From the human T2T-CHM13v2.0 reference genome, Homo sapiens, in the NCBI RefSeq assembly GCF_009914755.1, contig NC_060934.1: a stretch of 64,000 bases of DNA, one strand, 5' to 3'. The stretch's first letter is position 1, and each line of letters begins with the position of its first letter. The position numbers and the translations under genes are program-made. Positions 1 to 11,608 of this stretch are shown piece after piece. The notes beneath the pieces were generated by a model. It had not been told where the DNA came from. It saw nothing but the letters and a program-made list of their open reading frames with translations, and searched no databases.

Positions 1-946
1 CCATTCTAGCTACATGCTGGCCAGTGGGCCACCTTTCTTTTCTGCAATTTAATGCTAGTAATATATTCTATTTAACCCATGAGTCCCAAAGTATTAGCAT
101 TTCAACATGTAAGCATGTCGGTAAGATAGTTGTGCTTTGCTTAGGGTTCCCTCCTGTGTTATGGTCTGGAAAGTGTCTTTAGGCAGAAAGTCTGAGTGAT
201 CACAGGGTTCGCTCATTAATTTCTCTTTTCTGAGCCATCATAGTCTGTGCTGTCTGCTCTCCAGTTTTCTATTTCTAGACAGAAGTAGGGCAAGTTAGGT
301 ACTAGTTATTCTTCATGGCCAGAAGTGCAAGTTCTACTTTGCAAGACAAGATTAAGTTAGAGAACACCCTATTCCACTTTGGTGAACTCAGAGCAAGAAC
401 TTTGAGTTCCTTTGGGAGGAAGACAGTGGAGAAGTCTTTGTACTTGGTGATGTGGTTTTTTCCCTCATGGCTTCACCTAGTGGCCCCAAGCATGACTTCT
501 CCCATGTCAATGAGCACAGCCACGTTCCCGAGTTGAGGTGACCCCACGGTCCAGAATCATCCTCATTCTGGTGAACCTGGTTCTCTTTGTGGTGGGCATA
601 CTGGGTAGGAGAATCACCCAAAGGTCACCCATGAGCTGCAGAAAAAAAGGCTATTTGCAGAAGGAGCTCACAGATCACATTGAAAGCATTGCATATTCAA
701 ACATCTTGGTCTTCTTTATTGGCATGCCCACAGGGTCTTCTGACCTCTGATTAGATCAGACACTTTTTAGATATTGAATCATCAGTTTCTGTACAACTAT
801 CTGAATAAGGTATATAATCAATGAAATTTAGAATTTTTTTCTATGCTTACTCCTGATTGGTAATTTGTTTGGGTTTAGAATTCTATACAAGGCCATTTGT
901 AATTTTCCTCAGCACTTTAAAAATATTAAACCATGTTTTCTTAACA
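1..946 (+). other. FAS: Distal part of the terminal-exon 3' UTR of FAS (CD95/TNFRSF6), long isoform
   Basis: Mostly unique non-coding sequence ending in ATTAAA, a CA cleavage dinucleotide and a GU-rich element. The gene name is inferred from recall: MIR4679 lies roughly 46 kb downstream of the FAS 3' end, matching the spacing here (946 to 47198). Not verifiable from the sequence alone. Confidence 0.75.
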
Positions 947-1490
947 TCTGTTGCTGTTGATTATGTCTGCTCTTGGTGTAAATATCATTCCTTTGTAGGT
1001 AATCTGTAATTTTTTTTCCTCTGGTAATTTTTAAAGCTTCCCCTACTACTTTCCTATGTGTTCTGCAGTTTCACAACAATGACTTTCAATGTGTATTTAT
1101 TTTTACTTAATCTATTTAATAAGATTTAATTAGAAAGGCAGGGCTTTCATCATTTCTGGAAAAAATCCCAGCTATTTTCTCTTTAAATAGTGTTTCTTTA
1201 CCATTCTCATTCTCTTCTTCTGAAACTGTTGTTATTATCTGTTGAAGCTTCTTGAGTTATTTTCTAGGTCTCTTAATTTTTTTTAAAACAATAATTGTCT
1301 CTGTATGTTGCATTTTAGGAAATTTCTCATTACTCTTTTTAAATTAACTGTTAGTTTTTACTAAGCCCGGCTAGAATAGTCTATCCACTGAGGTATGTAT
1401 TTTGTTTTCTATATTTTTCATTCTTAATGTTTCTTATTGTTCCTTTTACATTTTTACTTGTATATGTTTCATTCCTGCTTTTTTTAATTT
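860..1490 (-). mobile_element. Ancient L1M/HAL1-type LINE fragment (ORF1 region, antisense); appears to resume at about 3300-3560
   Basis: Resembles old L1 antisense ORF1 motifs: gggtttagaattcta...ttttcctcagcacttt...gttgctgttga...cctttgtaggtaatctgt...gttctgcagtttcac...ttctggaaaaaatcccagc. Confidence 0.6.
898..979 (+). terminator. Polyadenylation signal region (UGUA 898-901, ATTAAA 925-930, probable cleavage near CA 945-946, GU/U-rich downstream element 947-979)
   Basis: Sequence reads tttgtaattttcc...aatATTAAAccatgttttcttaaCAtctgttgctgttgattatgtctgctcttggtgt, with canonical spacing. Confidence 0.7.
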
Positions 1491-1638
1491 TCTTTCTTCT
1501 TTCTCTTTTCTCTCTTTTTTTTTTTCTTCTTGCAGTGCAGACAGACTTTATTAGTACAGCAGAGGTGCCCACAGAGCAGGCAGAAGGGATCAGTGCCTGG
1601 ATCTGTCCCTTCCTCCTTCTGCCCTCGCTGAGCCCTAG

Positions 1639-3025
1639 TGTGTCCGGAATTGGTGGGTTCTTGGTCTCACTGACTTCAAGAATGAAGCCGCGGACCCTCA
1701 CGGTGAGTGTTACAGTTCTTAAAGGCAGCGTGTCCGGAGTTCATTCCTTCTAATGTTCGGATGTGTTCGGAGTTTCTTCCTTCTGGTGGGTTTGTGGTCT
1801 CGCTGGCTCAGGAGTGAAGCTACAGACCTTCGCGGTGAGCATTACAGCTCTTAAGGCGGCCCGTCTGGAGTTGTTCGTTCCTCCCGGTGGGTTCATGGTC
1901 TCGCTGGCTTCAGGAGTTAAGCTGCAAACTTTCGCAGTGAGTGTTACAGCTCATGAAGGCAGTGTAGACCTAAAGAGTGAGCAGCAGCAAAATTTATTGA
2001 AAAGAGTGAAAGAACAAAACTTCCACCCTATGGAAGGGGACCCGGGCCAGTTGCCACTGCTGGCTCTGGCAGCCTGCTTTTATTTTGTTATCTGGCCCCA
2101 CCCACATCCTGCTGATTGGTCCATTTTACAGAGAGCCGATTGGTCCATTTTACAGAGAGCTGATTGGTGCGTTTTGACAGGGTGCTGACTGGTGCGTTTA
2201 CAATCCCTGAGCTAGACACAAAAGTTCTCAACGTCCCCACTAGATCAGCTAGATACAGAGTATCAACACAAAGGTTCTCCAAGTCACCACCAGAGTAGCT
2301 AGATACAGAGTGTCAATTGGTGCATTCACAAACCCTGAGCTAGACACAGGGTGATGATTGGTGTGTTTACAAACCTTGAGCTAGATACAGAGTGCCGATT
2401 GGTGTATTTACAATCCCTTAGCTAGACATAAAGGTTCCCTAAGTCCCTACCAGACTCAGAAGCCCAGCTGGCTTCACCCCGTGGATCCTGCACCGGGGCT
2501 GCAGGTGGAGCTGCCTGCCAGTCCCGCGCCATGCTCCCGCACTCCTCAGCCCTTGGATGGTCAATGCGACTGGGAGCCTTAGAGCAGGGGGCGGTGATCG
2601 TTGGGGAGGCTTGGGCATGGTGGGCTGCAGGTCCCGAGCCCTGCCCCATGGGGAGGCAGCTAAGGCCTGGTGAGAAGTCAAGCACAGCAGCTGCTGGCCC
2701 AGGTGCTAAGCCCCTCACTGCCCCAGGGCCAGCGGGGCTGGCTGGCCGCTCCCAGTGCAGGGCCTGCTGAGCCCACGCCCACCCGGAACTCATGCTGGCC
2801 CACAAGCACCATGTGCAGCCCCGGTTCCCGCCCATGCCTCTCCCTCCACACCTCCCTGCAAGCTGAGGGAGCCGGCTCCGACCTTCGCCAGCCCAGAAAG
2901 GGGCTCCCACAGTGCAGCAGCGGGCTGAAGGGCTCCTCAAGCACAGCCAGAGTGGGTGCCAAGGCTGAGGAGGTGCTGAGAGCGAGCAAGGGCTGTGAGG
3001 GCTGTCAGCACACTGTCACCTCTCA
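1639..3025 (-). mobile_element. Solo LTR12 (ERV9 LTR, LTR12C/D/E type)
   Basis: Minus strand begins TGAGAGGTGACAGTGTGCTGACAG and ends CCAATTCCGGACACA. 4-bp TSD CTAG at 1635-1638 and 3026-3029. U3 tandem repeats carry CCAAT/GATA; U5 repeats present. Confidence 0.95.
2079..2402 (-). promoter_or_regulatory. LTR12 promoter/enhancer: six CCAAT (NF-Y) boxes plus the AATAAA TATA-like box
   Basis: Plus-strand ATTGG at 2115, 2139, 2163, 2316, 2357, 2398; several AGATA motifs; plus tttatt 2079-2084 is the ERV9 TATA-equivalent. This is the known ERV9 LTR architecture. Confidence 0.75.
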
Positions 3026-3837
3026 CTAGGAGGCTGGGGCCTGGCCTGGACCAGTTTCTCTTGTTCCACCTGAAACACATGAGAATGGAGAGCTCAGGGC
3101 TGGCCTTGCTTCTGGCTCCTATTGTCATAACTCTAATGTTATCACTTCATTGAAAAGATTAGACCTCTCCTTCCCCAGTCCCTAGGCAGGGAACCCCAGC
3201 CACTGGGGAGAGACAACTTTGTGGGGCCTGGGCTTAGGTATATCCTCTAGACACTTCCGACCCCACCCCACACCCTTTAGTTCTCTGAGGCTCAACGCAC
3301 TTTCTTTATTTCATTGACAATTTATCATAGTTTAATATAACTTATTCCATTATTTACCTTCTTGAAGATCCTACTGAGTTATTTTAGAGTCTTTTTTAGA
3401 GTTGCTCTATTATTTTAATTTTAACTGCAGTGATTTCATGCTGACTTTGTAGGCTGGCTTTCCTCATGTGATTTTCCTTATGAATTTTTGAAATTTGTAG
3501 GCTTATCTTGAATAGCCCATTTTTTTCTCTCTGCACTCATCTCTCCATATTTAATAGTTCTGTGTGTTCTTTTGCCAGTTCTTCCAGAGTCCCCAGTTCT
3601 GAGCCAAGATTTACTGAGATAATCTTGAGGCTCATACATCATGGTGATATCAGGACTATCACAGATTCAGTCATGCATTTGGGGGCAGCTTGGCTCAGCC
3701 ACTGGTCATAGGCTGTGCCGAATCTTCTCAGACCCTTAGGCCTGTAGCTTCCTAGAAGCCACAGTCCCAGGGAGTGTTTGGAAGTAGGTCTGTCTTAGTA
3801 GCTCTGTCTTAGCTGTCTTCCACAAGACAGAAAGTTC

Positions 3838-4494
3838 AGAGAGAGAAGAAGGAAAAGAAACTGGTTAGGCAGACAGTTAGGAGGGGTCCTTGGTAAAACT
3901 CCTTCAAACAGAGAAATAGCCTGAAAAAATCAAAGCTACAGGCACAGATAGAGCAGCCTGGGGAAAAATTTAGCTTTAGCTGCAGAGATAAGGGAGCAAG
4001 GCCTAACAAAGAAGCCTTTGTTCTTTGGATAATCAGCGGGCTCCCAGGAAAAAGTTTCCTCCCCTTTTCAGACATGTACATGATGGGCTCCATGGGAACT
4101 TGCACAGGGAGAGGGGCTTACCTAAAACATACCCACAGTTTCATAAACAAGAGAAGCTGTACTTTGTGCTTACCTAAGACATACCTGCAGCTGCACAGGT
4201 AAGGAGAGTTACACAGACAGCTACTACACAGTTAAGGGAAGTTACACAAACAGCTACAGAGATGAAAGGAGTTTTTTCTTATAAAAGCTTTTGGATTCAA
4301 CTGTAAAAGTGGCAACCCTCTTTCAGCCTCCTCTTTGCTGCGGAGAGCTTTCTTCTTTCAATTATTAAACTTTTACTCCAACCTCACCCTTGTGTCCAGG
4401 CTCCTTAATTTTCTTGGTCATGAGACAAAGAACTCCAGGTACTACCTCAGACAACAAGACTGAAACATTGTGGTGCACTGGCAAGACTGCAACA
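3838..4494 (+). mobile_element. Solo MER61-family (ERV1) LTR
   Basis: Matches recalled MER61 motifs (aggcagacagttagg, cttataaaagc...caactgtaaaa, ttattaaactt, tgagacaaagaactc, attgtggtgcactggcaagac). 4-bp TSD GTTC at 3834-3837 and 4495-4498. Confidence 0.8.
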
Positions 4495-5122
4495 GTTCTA
4501 CATCAGCCCGTGGTTTTAAGAAGGGAGCCTGGTTCCTGTTCTGCCTCAGGTGGGGCACATTTATTCCGTACCAAACCTAAAAGCAGGCTTTGCTTTGCTT
4601 CCAAGCATTGATCCAACTAAGCTTTGGCTTGTTGTGCACAAGTCATCATCTTGTAGTTGTTTCCATTCTTATACCATGAAAGGATTGATCTTATTTTTGA
4701 GCTTGGCTATGCCTTTTTATTTTCCTTTAGAGACGTTCTATGTATCATTGCTATTTGCTCAGATTGGTAGGAGGTGGCCCTCAAGAAATGAACTTACAAT
4801 TTGGTATTAACCCCAGGGCCCATTAGATAACTAGAAACAATGTTTTGTTTTGTTTTACATTTTTAAGTTAAAACTAAGGATCAAGTTGTTTTTCAGTTAT
4901 ATAGGGCCCTTTGACAGGACTTGATATGGTTTGGATCTGTGTCCCCACCCAAATCCCATGTCGAATTGTAATCCCTAATGTTGGAGGTAGGGCCTGATTG
5001 GAGGTGATTGGATCATGGGGGCGGAGTTCTCATTAATGGTTTAGCACCAATCCCTTGGTGCTGTTCTTGTGATAGTGAGTGAGTAATTGTGAGATCTGGT
5101 TGTTTTAGAAGTGTGTAGCAAA

Positions 5123-5418
5123 GGCCGGGCACAGTGACTCACACCTGTAATGCCAGCACTTTAGGAGGCTAGGGCGGGCAGATCACCTGAGATCAGGAGC
5201 TTGAGACCAGCCTGGCCAACATGGTGAAACCCCGTCTCTACTAAAGATACAAAAAATTAGCTGGGCGTGGTGGCACACGTCTGTAGTCCCAGCTACTATG
5301 GAGGCTGAAGCAGGGAGAATCACTTGAACCCAGGAGGTGGAGGTTGCATTGAGCTGAGATCGTGCCATTGCACTCCAGCCTGGGCAACAGAGCGAGACTC
5401 CATCCCAAAAAGAAAAAG
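5123..5418 (+). mobile_element. AluS, full length
   Basis: GGCCGGGCACAGTG... dimer with A-tail; TSD agaagtgtgta(g/c)ca at 5107-5120 and 5419-5432. Confidence 0.95.
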
Positions 5419-5611
5419 AGAAGTGTGTACCACCTCCCCTGACCCTTGCTCCTTCCCTGGTCATGTAAGACATGCATGCTTTCCCTTCACCTCCCACCAT
5501 GTTTGTAAGTTTCCTGAGGCCTTCCCAGAAGCAGAAGAAGCTACATTTCCTGTACAGCTTCCAGAACCATGAGCCAATTAAACATCTTTTATTTATAAAT
5601 TACCCAGTCTC

Positions 5612-5927
<316 letters not shown>

Positions 5928-6199
5928 TTATTTATACCAATGCAAGAACAGACAAATACAGGACTCAGGAGAAAAGAAAAGAGACTGTAGGGTTTCCCAC
6001 ATAGGTCTGCATCTTATGATAGTGGTGAATTGAGAGTCATACAGATCTGGGATCAAATATTTATTTTCCTCATAAAGGTAGAAACAAATGGCTTAATCTC
6101 TTCGAGTCTTAATTTCCTTATTTTTTGTGAAGATTAAAGTGTATATGAAGTATCTACCAGTGTTTAGCTCTGTACCTTGATAGATGGTAACAACAACAA

Positions 6200-7490
6200 T
6201 AAAAAACCTCAGATGCTTAAGCAAAATGGAAATTTATTGACATATGTTACTAGATGCTCAGATATGGGGTGGGTTTGACTAACCTAAACCAGTGCCTCCA
6301 GTCAAGATTCCTTGTTATTTTCTTGAATCTACCCTCTTCATTTATCTACTTCTTGTCCATCTCTTCATATATTTGCTTGCCAAACTGGTAGTGACAAGGT
6401 GCCTGCAACCATTCTCGACCTATCTAAATATCACAGTCCAGAAGAAATGACACTTATGCCCCCCGTCCTCCAAGCACCTCCCCTGACCCTTGCTCCTGCT
6501 GCTCCTTGCTGCTGAGAGCCATTCTTATTCAACTGTTTAGATCATAAGCGACCTCTGAATTAATGACTTATGATTGGAGAATTGGATATGTCGATTGGCT
6601 TAATCCACAGGCCCCATTCTTGGAGCCTGGCATAGGATCAGCTTCCCCTGAGTGTCAAAAGATTGGGAGTGGGGAGGCAGGAGGACTTCTGTTAAGAGGA
6701 TGATAGAGGGTTCTGGGTAGGAGTGTCAGGATGTGTTTAGGTACTCAAGCTGACTTAAACTGTAGAAAAAAATGTATTACCTCATATGACAGGCAGTCCA
6801 AAGGTGTGGCTCACTGAAGCCTACTTGTACCAGCTCACAAGAGCTAATTACTAAATTCTTAGGAATTTTGAAAGCCAGTTGTTAAATCGTTGATAGCTTG
6901 ATATTGTCATACTGGGAGTATTTACACTATAGAAATTGTCAAAGGCTACAGATCAGGAATCTCCCCCGACCCCCACAAAGACAGTTACTGGCTACTGGGC
7001 AGAAGTCAGTGTTGGTGGCTGATTCAGTGTCTCAATGATACTATCAGGGACACAGGATTCTTTTCTAGTTTTCCAATCTGTAGCTTCAACATTGGCATTC
7101 GATTAGAGTTATTTGTTTTTGCATGGTCATCCAATGGCTTTATCAGTGAATCAACAGCATGATTCTTTATCCGTATTCAATAGCAAAGAAAAAGAGAGAA
7201 AAACATGAAAAAATTCTCCCCTCAGATATGGATCATATACCTGGCCTTTTAGTATGATTGAGCCAAATTTAGTCGTCTGCCTACCTGTGTGGTCTGCCAT
7301 ATACTGATTGACTCAGGCAGCTCAGGAGCCACCTCTGGAGCTGTGGACAGGATCAGTTTCTCCTAAGCTTTATGAGTTATGGGAAAAAGTAGATCAGAAT
7401 GGAAATACTACTAGAAAAACAAAAGGGTGAAATGGATGCTGAATAGTTTCCTCTGTAGAAAAGAACAAACAATATCAACTACACATATTC
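6200..7490 (-). mobile_element. Degenerate MLT1-type MaLR LTR fragments
   Basis: cttaagcaaaatggaaatttattgacatatg and gattggcttaa motifs typical of antisense MLT1; boundaries approximate. Confidence 0.45.
6803..6998 (+). mobile_element. MER63A-like hAT DNA transposon relic
   Basis: ttaggaattttgaaagccagttgttaaatcgttgatagcttga...gggagtatttacac...ctacagatcagg resembles MER63. Confidence 0.65.
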
Positions 7491-7699
7491 TCCATGTCCC
7501 TCACAAGTTGAGTAGGCACTTATAGAGAAAATCTAGATCCTAGGGCAAAAGGAAGTTCATTGTTATTGGCCTTACTGTTTCAGAACCCCCAAAACAGACA
7601 CATGGACTTTTTTATGAAGTAAAGAGATCTTCAAGAATCTTTACACCTTTTAAATGACCTCAACTGAGTCTAGGTCAAGTCATGGCTGCTGGAGAATGT

Positions 7700-8160
7700 T
7701 TTTGATTGGATTTCTTTGAAAGAAGCCTTGAGGCAAGGTTTGGGTACAGGTGGTTCATTTAAGACGTGATTCCAGGAAACATGGTGATGATGTTGTAAAG
7801 TAAGACAGGGAATAAGGAAAAGCCCATAGTGCAGGCCCTGATAACTATGCTATTGCTATAGACAAGTGGGGCCCAATTCTACTGGGGTCCCTCTGAAAGG
7901 CTATGTAGGACAAACCTCCACATTGTACCAACAAGGCACAGGGAAGCTGAGTCTTGACACCAACTCCAGTCTTTCATTGGTTGAGGGGTCTTTCTAGGGC
8001 ATTAACTCCCTAATATCCCTAATACTTCTGGCCTGTCTTCTTCCCTCCAGCTTTGGTATCCTGAGGACAGACACCTTTAAGCAGAGAGATGGAGGAGGCC
8101 ATGTGTCACATTTGTTAGCAGGTGATCTCTTGATGATCCAGGTTCCAATAGTGTCTATGG
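7700..8160 (-). mobile_element. LTR16-like (ERVL) LTR
   Basis: ccttgaggcaagg...gtaagacagggaataaggaaaagcc...caccaactcc...cattggttgaggg resembles antisense LTR16. Confidence 0.55.
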
Positions 8161-9274
8161 CAAACAGCAGGCTGCTGAGATGTCTAAGTATAGAAGGACT
8201 AGGGTATCTCATGGGATAACTCGTTCTGCATGAAAAAGGTAATGGGCATGGTGAATTTTGTTTATTAAGAACACCTTAGTTGGTGACATTAATTTTCAGT
8301 ATAGATTGGCGTCTATTGCTTAAATCTCTTGCCCATGGATGAAAGCAAAGAAAAATCAATAAAGAAAGTTGAAAGAGCTATTTTACAAAGCTTGGAAAAA
8401 CACTGGTCTCTCATCCCTGTGTCAAAATATAGTGCAGATTTATCCAGACATCCAATCTTCCTTTCCTTTCCTCGCTTCTCCCCTCTCCTCCTTAACACGT
8501 GCATATTGTCCAAACCACCATCTTGCTTTGGTATAAGGGGAATTCCACTCTTGTGGGTGTCCAAAGGCCACTCCTGTGGAATTCTTACCCTTATGCCATC
8601 TAAACCATGCACCTCTGATATGCACTCACATATAATTGTCTTCTGTAGATGTTTAATTATCTCCCCTTTGCTAGGCCATAAGCCATCTGAGGGCAGAAAT
8701 CATGATTAGCACAGAGTAGGTGTTCAGTCAACATTTCTTGAATGAATCAGTTAATGAAGGAACATTATGTATGCAGTAGTCATTTGTGTTCTGTATGACT
8801 GGCATTTGATGGAAAAGTCACAGCGAGTGTTAGGGAAGCTGAACTTTTTTTTTTTTTTAAACATTGTATCATTAATTTATCACGTGTATCCAAGCTCCTT
8901 TGAGTTTCCCTGCCCCCATCCCTGTGTCATTCCAGCCATATCCAGCTACTCCTTCCATGCTTCCCCCATTCTTGTTTCTGACTCTATTACTCCCAGTCCA
9001 AATCTTGCTCTTCACTGTCTGCACCTTGTGCTCTCCTCTCTCTCAAAAAAATCTACCCAAATTCCACCCCTCTTCACAGGCCCAGGGAAATCACTAGTTC
9101 CCGCAGGAGGCTGTAGGCTGTAACCAACTCTCTGAAAGCTTTGAGTCCCCTCTGAGGTCATCTGTGCTTGTCCTCGTTCCATCAGGCACTCCTATGTTAC
9201 TTGACCTGTGGTCTGCATGTACAGATCTTGTACCCCATATACATTGTAAGGTCCTTGAAGGCAGAAAAGGAAGC

Positions 9275-9530
9275 ATAAAGAAGTGGGTAGGAGTGTAAGC
9301 TCTGAAGACTGTGCATTTGAATCCCTGCCATTCCTAGATTTGGGACCTTGTCACCTTGGGCAACTTATTTACCTCCTCTGGGCCTTAGTTTTCTCACTTC
9401 TAGAAGAGGGAAAATGATAGTATCTGCCATGTAGTGCTGCTCTGAGGATTAAATGAGATACTCCACTTAGAGCCCATGGAATGGTATCTGGCATGTGATA
9501 AGCGCTAAATATAGCTTTCCTATAATTACA
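9275..9530 (+). mobile_element. MIR SINE
   Basis: accttgggcaacttatttacctcctctgggccttagttttctc...tgaggattaaatgagata MIR core. Confidence 0.75.
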
Positions 9531-10755
9531 GTAATGCCCAGGGCTCCACAGGCCCAGCCCAGCACCAGTACAGGAATAGTATGACATTGATGCTAGAGTT
9601 GGCAGATTGAGGAGAACACACAAAGGGCTAATGATGTTCAAATACACATCAGATTTCACACAGAGCTTTGGGCTTGACTTCCCCAGCTGCAGGATTCTTC
9701 TGGCTATCTGCTTTATAAATAAAAAGCACAAGTCTGCAGTAAAATGCAGGGAAGTGACAAGAAGGCTCATTCAAAGGTCATGGCAAATGAAATAGCCACA
9801 GGTAAAAGTTTCCCTTCATTGTATGCTTTCTGTCCATTCTTGTGGATGCTGCTGCAGCAAGGAATTTGGGAAAGGGCCATTGGTGGGAGCAATGTGTCCT
9901 AGTCACCTAAACGAAAGACACTGAAGTGAGTGCAACAAAATGGACTTTCTTTTCCAGGGTGGCACCCTCCCACCAACCATCCAAACCCCTCTGTCTAAAG
10001 AGCGCAGCTTAACCTCTGGATTATAAGGATTTCAGATTTGTTTCCTAAATCTGGAACTCAAAGCTTTCTCCTCCTCAATCTACCCCCAATAACCTTGTCT
10101 CTTTTGGAAGCCTTCCCTGCAGTTCTAACAAACTAAATGGTTCATAACTTGACCTCATGAATGCCTCTCTTCTATATGTTTTCTTAGCTTTTGACCTGGA
10201 ATTCCCTTCTTCCCATCCATGAAGGTCAAATGCCACCCCTCTTTCAAGTCTTAGTTGGAGGCCACCTCTTTATGAAACCTTCTCTGGTGTCTCAGGCTAA
10301 AGACACTGTAGGCCACATCTGTTTATTAGGGCCAACAATGCCTCCCTCATTTTTTGTGGTATGGATTAAAGACAATTCTGAAAAGCACCTAGAACAGTGT
10401 CTGGCTTACTCAAAAATGGTAGACATTATTATCATTATCACTCTCATCCTAATTAATTATATATAGAGCTTATTATCCTAAAGGCAGTGGAAGGGAGTAA
10501 GGATTATGTTTGACTAATTTTACAGGTCTAGGCATCAAAGAAAAATTTGCTGTACAAATGATCATACAAATTAATGAGCGAAAAGATATCTAACTCATCC
10601 CTGAGACAACATGAGGTGCAAACAACTGTGTGTTTCTAAATCTGCAGTACAACCCAGCAAGTATATCATTGTTTTTCCTCCTGATTATGAAGCCAGTACA
10701 TAGTCAGCTAGAAAATTCAAGCAATACAAAACAGTTTTAAAAAGAAAGTGCAAAA

Positions 10756-11047
10756 GGCCGGGTGTGGTGGCTCATGCCTGTAATCCCAGCACTTTGGGAG
10801 GCCGAGGAGGGTGCATCACCTGAAGTCAGGAGTTCGAGACCAGCCTGGCAACATGGTGAAACCCCGTCTCTACTAAAAATACAAAAATTATCTGGGCGTG
10901 GTGGCACGTGCCTGTAATCCCAGCTACTCAGGAGGCCAAGGCAGGAAAATCACTTGAACTTGGGAGGCGGAGATTGCAGTGAGCCAAGATCATGCTACTG
11001 TACTTCAGCCTGGGCAACAGAGTGAGATCTGTTTAAAAAAAAAAAAA
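10756..11047 (+). mobile_element. AluS, full length, inside an old L1 fragment
   Basis: GGCCGGGTGTGGTGGCTC... dimer, A-tail, TSD ending aagtgcaaa. Confidence 0.95.
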
Positions 11048-11244
11048 GTGCAAATTAATCCCAATCCCACTGTTCAAAGGTAACTCTTGTGAATTTTTAG
11101 ATATCTACACACACACAAAGTTAAAGAAAGGTGATCACACCATACACGCTTATAACATGCTTTTTACTCAACAATGGGTTATGGTTGCTATTCCATGTTA
11201 ATAAATAAAAATAATTTCTTTTTAATATTCCTTTTAAATATAAT

Positions 11245-11608
11245 TGTTATGGTTTGGCTGTGTCCCCACCCAAATCTCATCTTGAATTGTAGTTCCTATA
11301 ATTCCCATGTGTCATGGGAAGGACGTGATGGGAGGTAACTGAATCATGGGGATGGGTCTTTACCATGTTGTTCTTATGATAGTGAATACGTCTCATGAGA
11401 TCTGATGGTTTTATAAAGGGGAGCTCCCCTGCACACACCCTCTTGCCTCCTACCATGTAAGACATGACTTTGCTCCTCTTTTGCCTTCAGCCATCATTGT
11501 GAGGCCTCCCCAGCCATGTGGAACTGTGAGTCCGTTAAACCTCTTTCCTTTATAAATTACCCAGTCTCAGTTATGTCTTTATTAGCAGTGTGAAAACAGA
11601 CTAATACA
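11245..11608 (+). mobile_element. THE1B (MaLR) solo LTR
   Basis: TGTTATGGTTTGGCTGTGTCCCCACCCAAATCTCATCTTGAATTGTAG...GACTAATACA; 5-bp TSD ATAAT on both sides. Confidence 0.92.

Larger units (their letters stand above)
1491..3300 (-). pseudogene. Retroposed 3' end of an unidentified mRNA (about 420 bp), split by the LTR12 into 1491-1638 and 3026-3300
   Basis: On the minus strand: GC-rich unique sequence, then AATAAA (plus tttatt 1547-1552), about 16-20 nt, then a poly(A)-like tract (plus T-rich 1491-1530). The two halves join at the LTR's CTAG target duplication. Confidence 0.65.

Noticed and set aside
315-750. Short ORFs (70-77 aa) at the window start
   Set aside because: No recognisable domain; they lie in probable 3' UTR and are of chance length.
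2110-2430. Regularly spaced repeats resembling an array
   Set aside because: These are the standard ERV9/LTR12 U3 tandem repeats, not a CRISPR-like array.
1381-3128. Cluster of ORFs up to 172 aa, including a hydrophobic TM-like and a Lys/Arg-rich ORF
   Set aside because: Translations of the GC-rich LTR12 and of the poly(T) tract; typical repeat-derived pseudo-ORFs.
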